Shown here piece by piece: positions 44,719 to 45,601 of a stretch of DNA of 45,601 nt. Location of the stretch: assembly GCA_016934535.1 (NCBI GenBank), contig JAFGSQ010000056.1, forward strand, positions 62,001-107,601, written 5' to 3'. The notes below the pieces were generated by a model. It had not been told where the DNA came from. It ran no database searches and saw nothing but the letters and a program-made list of their open reading frames with translations. Within the stretch, counting starts at the first letter, position 1; the number at the start of each line of letters is the position of its first letter. A program made the position numbers and the translations under genes. The DNA is from a candidate division WOR-3 bacterium. Its GTDB lineage: Bacteria > SDB-A.

Positions 44719-45478
44719 ACCGGCTTTTCTTGTTTTATACATATTCGCTTTATCAGGCTGTTCTGTTCCGGGTCCAGTCGACCTCGGCATTGACAACGGA
44801 GAAGAAATTCCACTCTGCTTGGATGTCTGCTCAGACACTTTGAGAGTAATAATCATGAACAATTCGAGCCTTTTTCAAGCAGTCGCTTCGTCATTTTACG
44901 ATCAAAACTCGAGAGAAATAGATTCTTTTCTGAGCTTGACCGGAAGAATATATATTGTTGAGAAGGCCAACAGTTTTTTTGCACCTCCCGAAAGTTCGGC
45001 TACTTATATTCTATACTCTCTTGCCGACGAAGAAGATTCATCGCAAGCTGGAGAATGCATAGATTTTTTTTGTGAAATTTTTTTGAGAAAATATTTGTTG
45101 AACATAAATGCAAGCAGGTGCGTTTATTTTTCTCCCGGCAGAATTTTTTTCAGACCGGCACTTTCTTTTTCTTCTATGAGTAGCCTGCCTTATTTTATTC
45201 ACGCAGCATGCAGGTCGATCGAAAGGGAGAGAGGGAGTGTCTGGCCGAGACACAGAAAAGAATGGGACGAAAACATTCTCTTTATGTCGCGCATAAATAA
45301 AATTTCTGTCGCCTCCTCGCGTTCCGAAGAAAGCATGCCTCAGTACATGAATGTAGTGAGTTATCCTTCTTTTGCTGGAGAAAGTCTCGCTTCTTCAATA
45401 CCTTCTGTCAGGCTCAGAGAAGACAGGATTATTGTCGTCCTTGGAAAGGACGCCGGAAAAGCCCTGGGTTTCAGATAA
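44702..45478 (+). CDS. Hypothetical lipoprotein
   Basis: Basic N-terminus, hydrophobic stretch and lipobox LSGC; fills the gap up to the tRNA promoter. Confidence 0.6.
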   Translation: MLLKTKPAFLVLYIFALSGCSVPGPVDLGIDNGEEIPLCLDVCSDTLRVIIMNNSSLFQAVASSFYDQNSREIDSFLSLTGRIYIVEKANSFFAPPESSATYILYSLADEEDSSQAGECIDFFCEIFLRKYLLNINASRCVYFSPGRIFFRPALSFSSMSSLPYFIHAACRSIERERGSVWPRHRKEWDENILFMSRINKISVASSRSEESMPQYMNVVSYPSFAGESLASSIPSVRLREDRIIVVLGKDAGKALGFR

Positions 45479-45481
45479 AAC

Positions 45482-45509
45482 TTGACACGAAGAAAGCCTT
45501 TGATAAAAT
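45482..45509 (+). promoter_or_regulatory. Sigma70 promoter of tRNA-Gly
   Basis: TTGACA (45482-87) - 16 nt - TAAAAT (45504-09) with TG at 45501-02. Confidence 0.8.
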
Positions 45510-45520
45510 CAATTTTAAAC

Positions 45521-45593
45521 GCGGGAGTAGCTCAGTTGGTAGAGCGCCACCTTGCCAAGGTGGATGTCGCGGGTTCGAATCCCGTCTCCCGCT
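45521..45593 (+). tRNA. tRNA-Gly(GCC)
   Basis: Acceptor stem GCGGGAG/CTCCCGC, D arm GCTC-AGTTGGTA-GAGC, anticodon arm CCACC-TTGCCAA-GGTGG (GCC at 45554-56), T arm GCGGG-TTCGAAT-CCCGT, U discriminator; CCA not encoded. Confidence 0.98.
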
Positions 45594-45601
45594 TTTATTT
45601 C

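Noticed and set aside
1-45601. CRISPR arrays, IS elements, integrases, prophage genes, rRNA
   Set aside because: No spaced direct repeats or transposase/integrase/phage motifs recognised; intergenic gaps are too short to hold them.

Overview
A gene-dense, mostly housekeeping chromosomal window from a probably diderm bacterium (kdsB, six-repeat RpsA). An anaerobic, amino-acid-fermenting lifestyle is suggested by gdh, ptb, acyl-CoA dehydrogenase, a lysine/saccharopine dehydrogenase-like gene, pepV and an ammonia-lyase. The lineage cannot be assigned from sequence alone. In order: a partial secreted beta-propeller gene, a DUF486/DMT gene, a sAC-like tandem cyclase-STAND ATPase-TPR protein, an ECF sigma/zinc anti-sigma pair with a divergent membrane-protein gene, an orphan, glutamate dehydrogenase followed by two truncated PEP-synthase/PPDK-like ATP-grasp proteins (one with receiver domains), GNAT and HAD genes, a ~20.7 kb minus-strand run (cmk, plsC, ispH, rpsA, kdsB, pyrG, ecfT-like, truA, purB, acyl-CoA dehydrogenase, ptb, fabH, radical SAM fusion, rne/rng, pepV, lysine dehydrogenase-like, amgK-rapZ fusion, murU-like), GYD and MBL-fold genes, an ammonia-lyase with an Ala-Cys-Gly MIO triad, SPFH, Smg-like, topA, GH13, two orphans and tRNA-Gly(GCC). 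I found no mobile element, CRISPR array or rRNA. The best candidate for an unexplained system is the gdh-linked pair of ATP-grasp/His-domain proteins, which may be a histidine-kinase-independent phosphorelay. All family calls come from motif recognition by eye; no database search was run.
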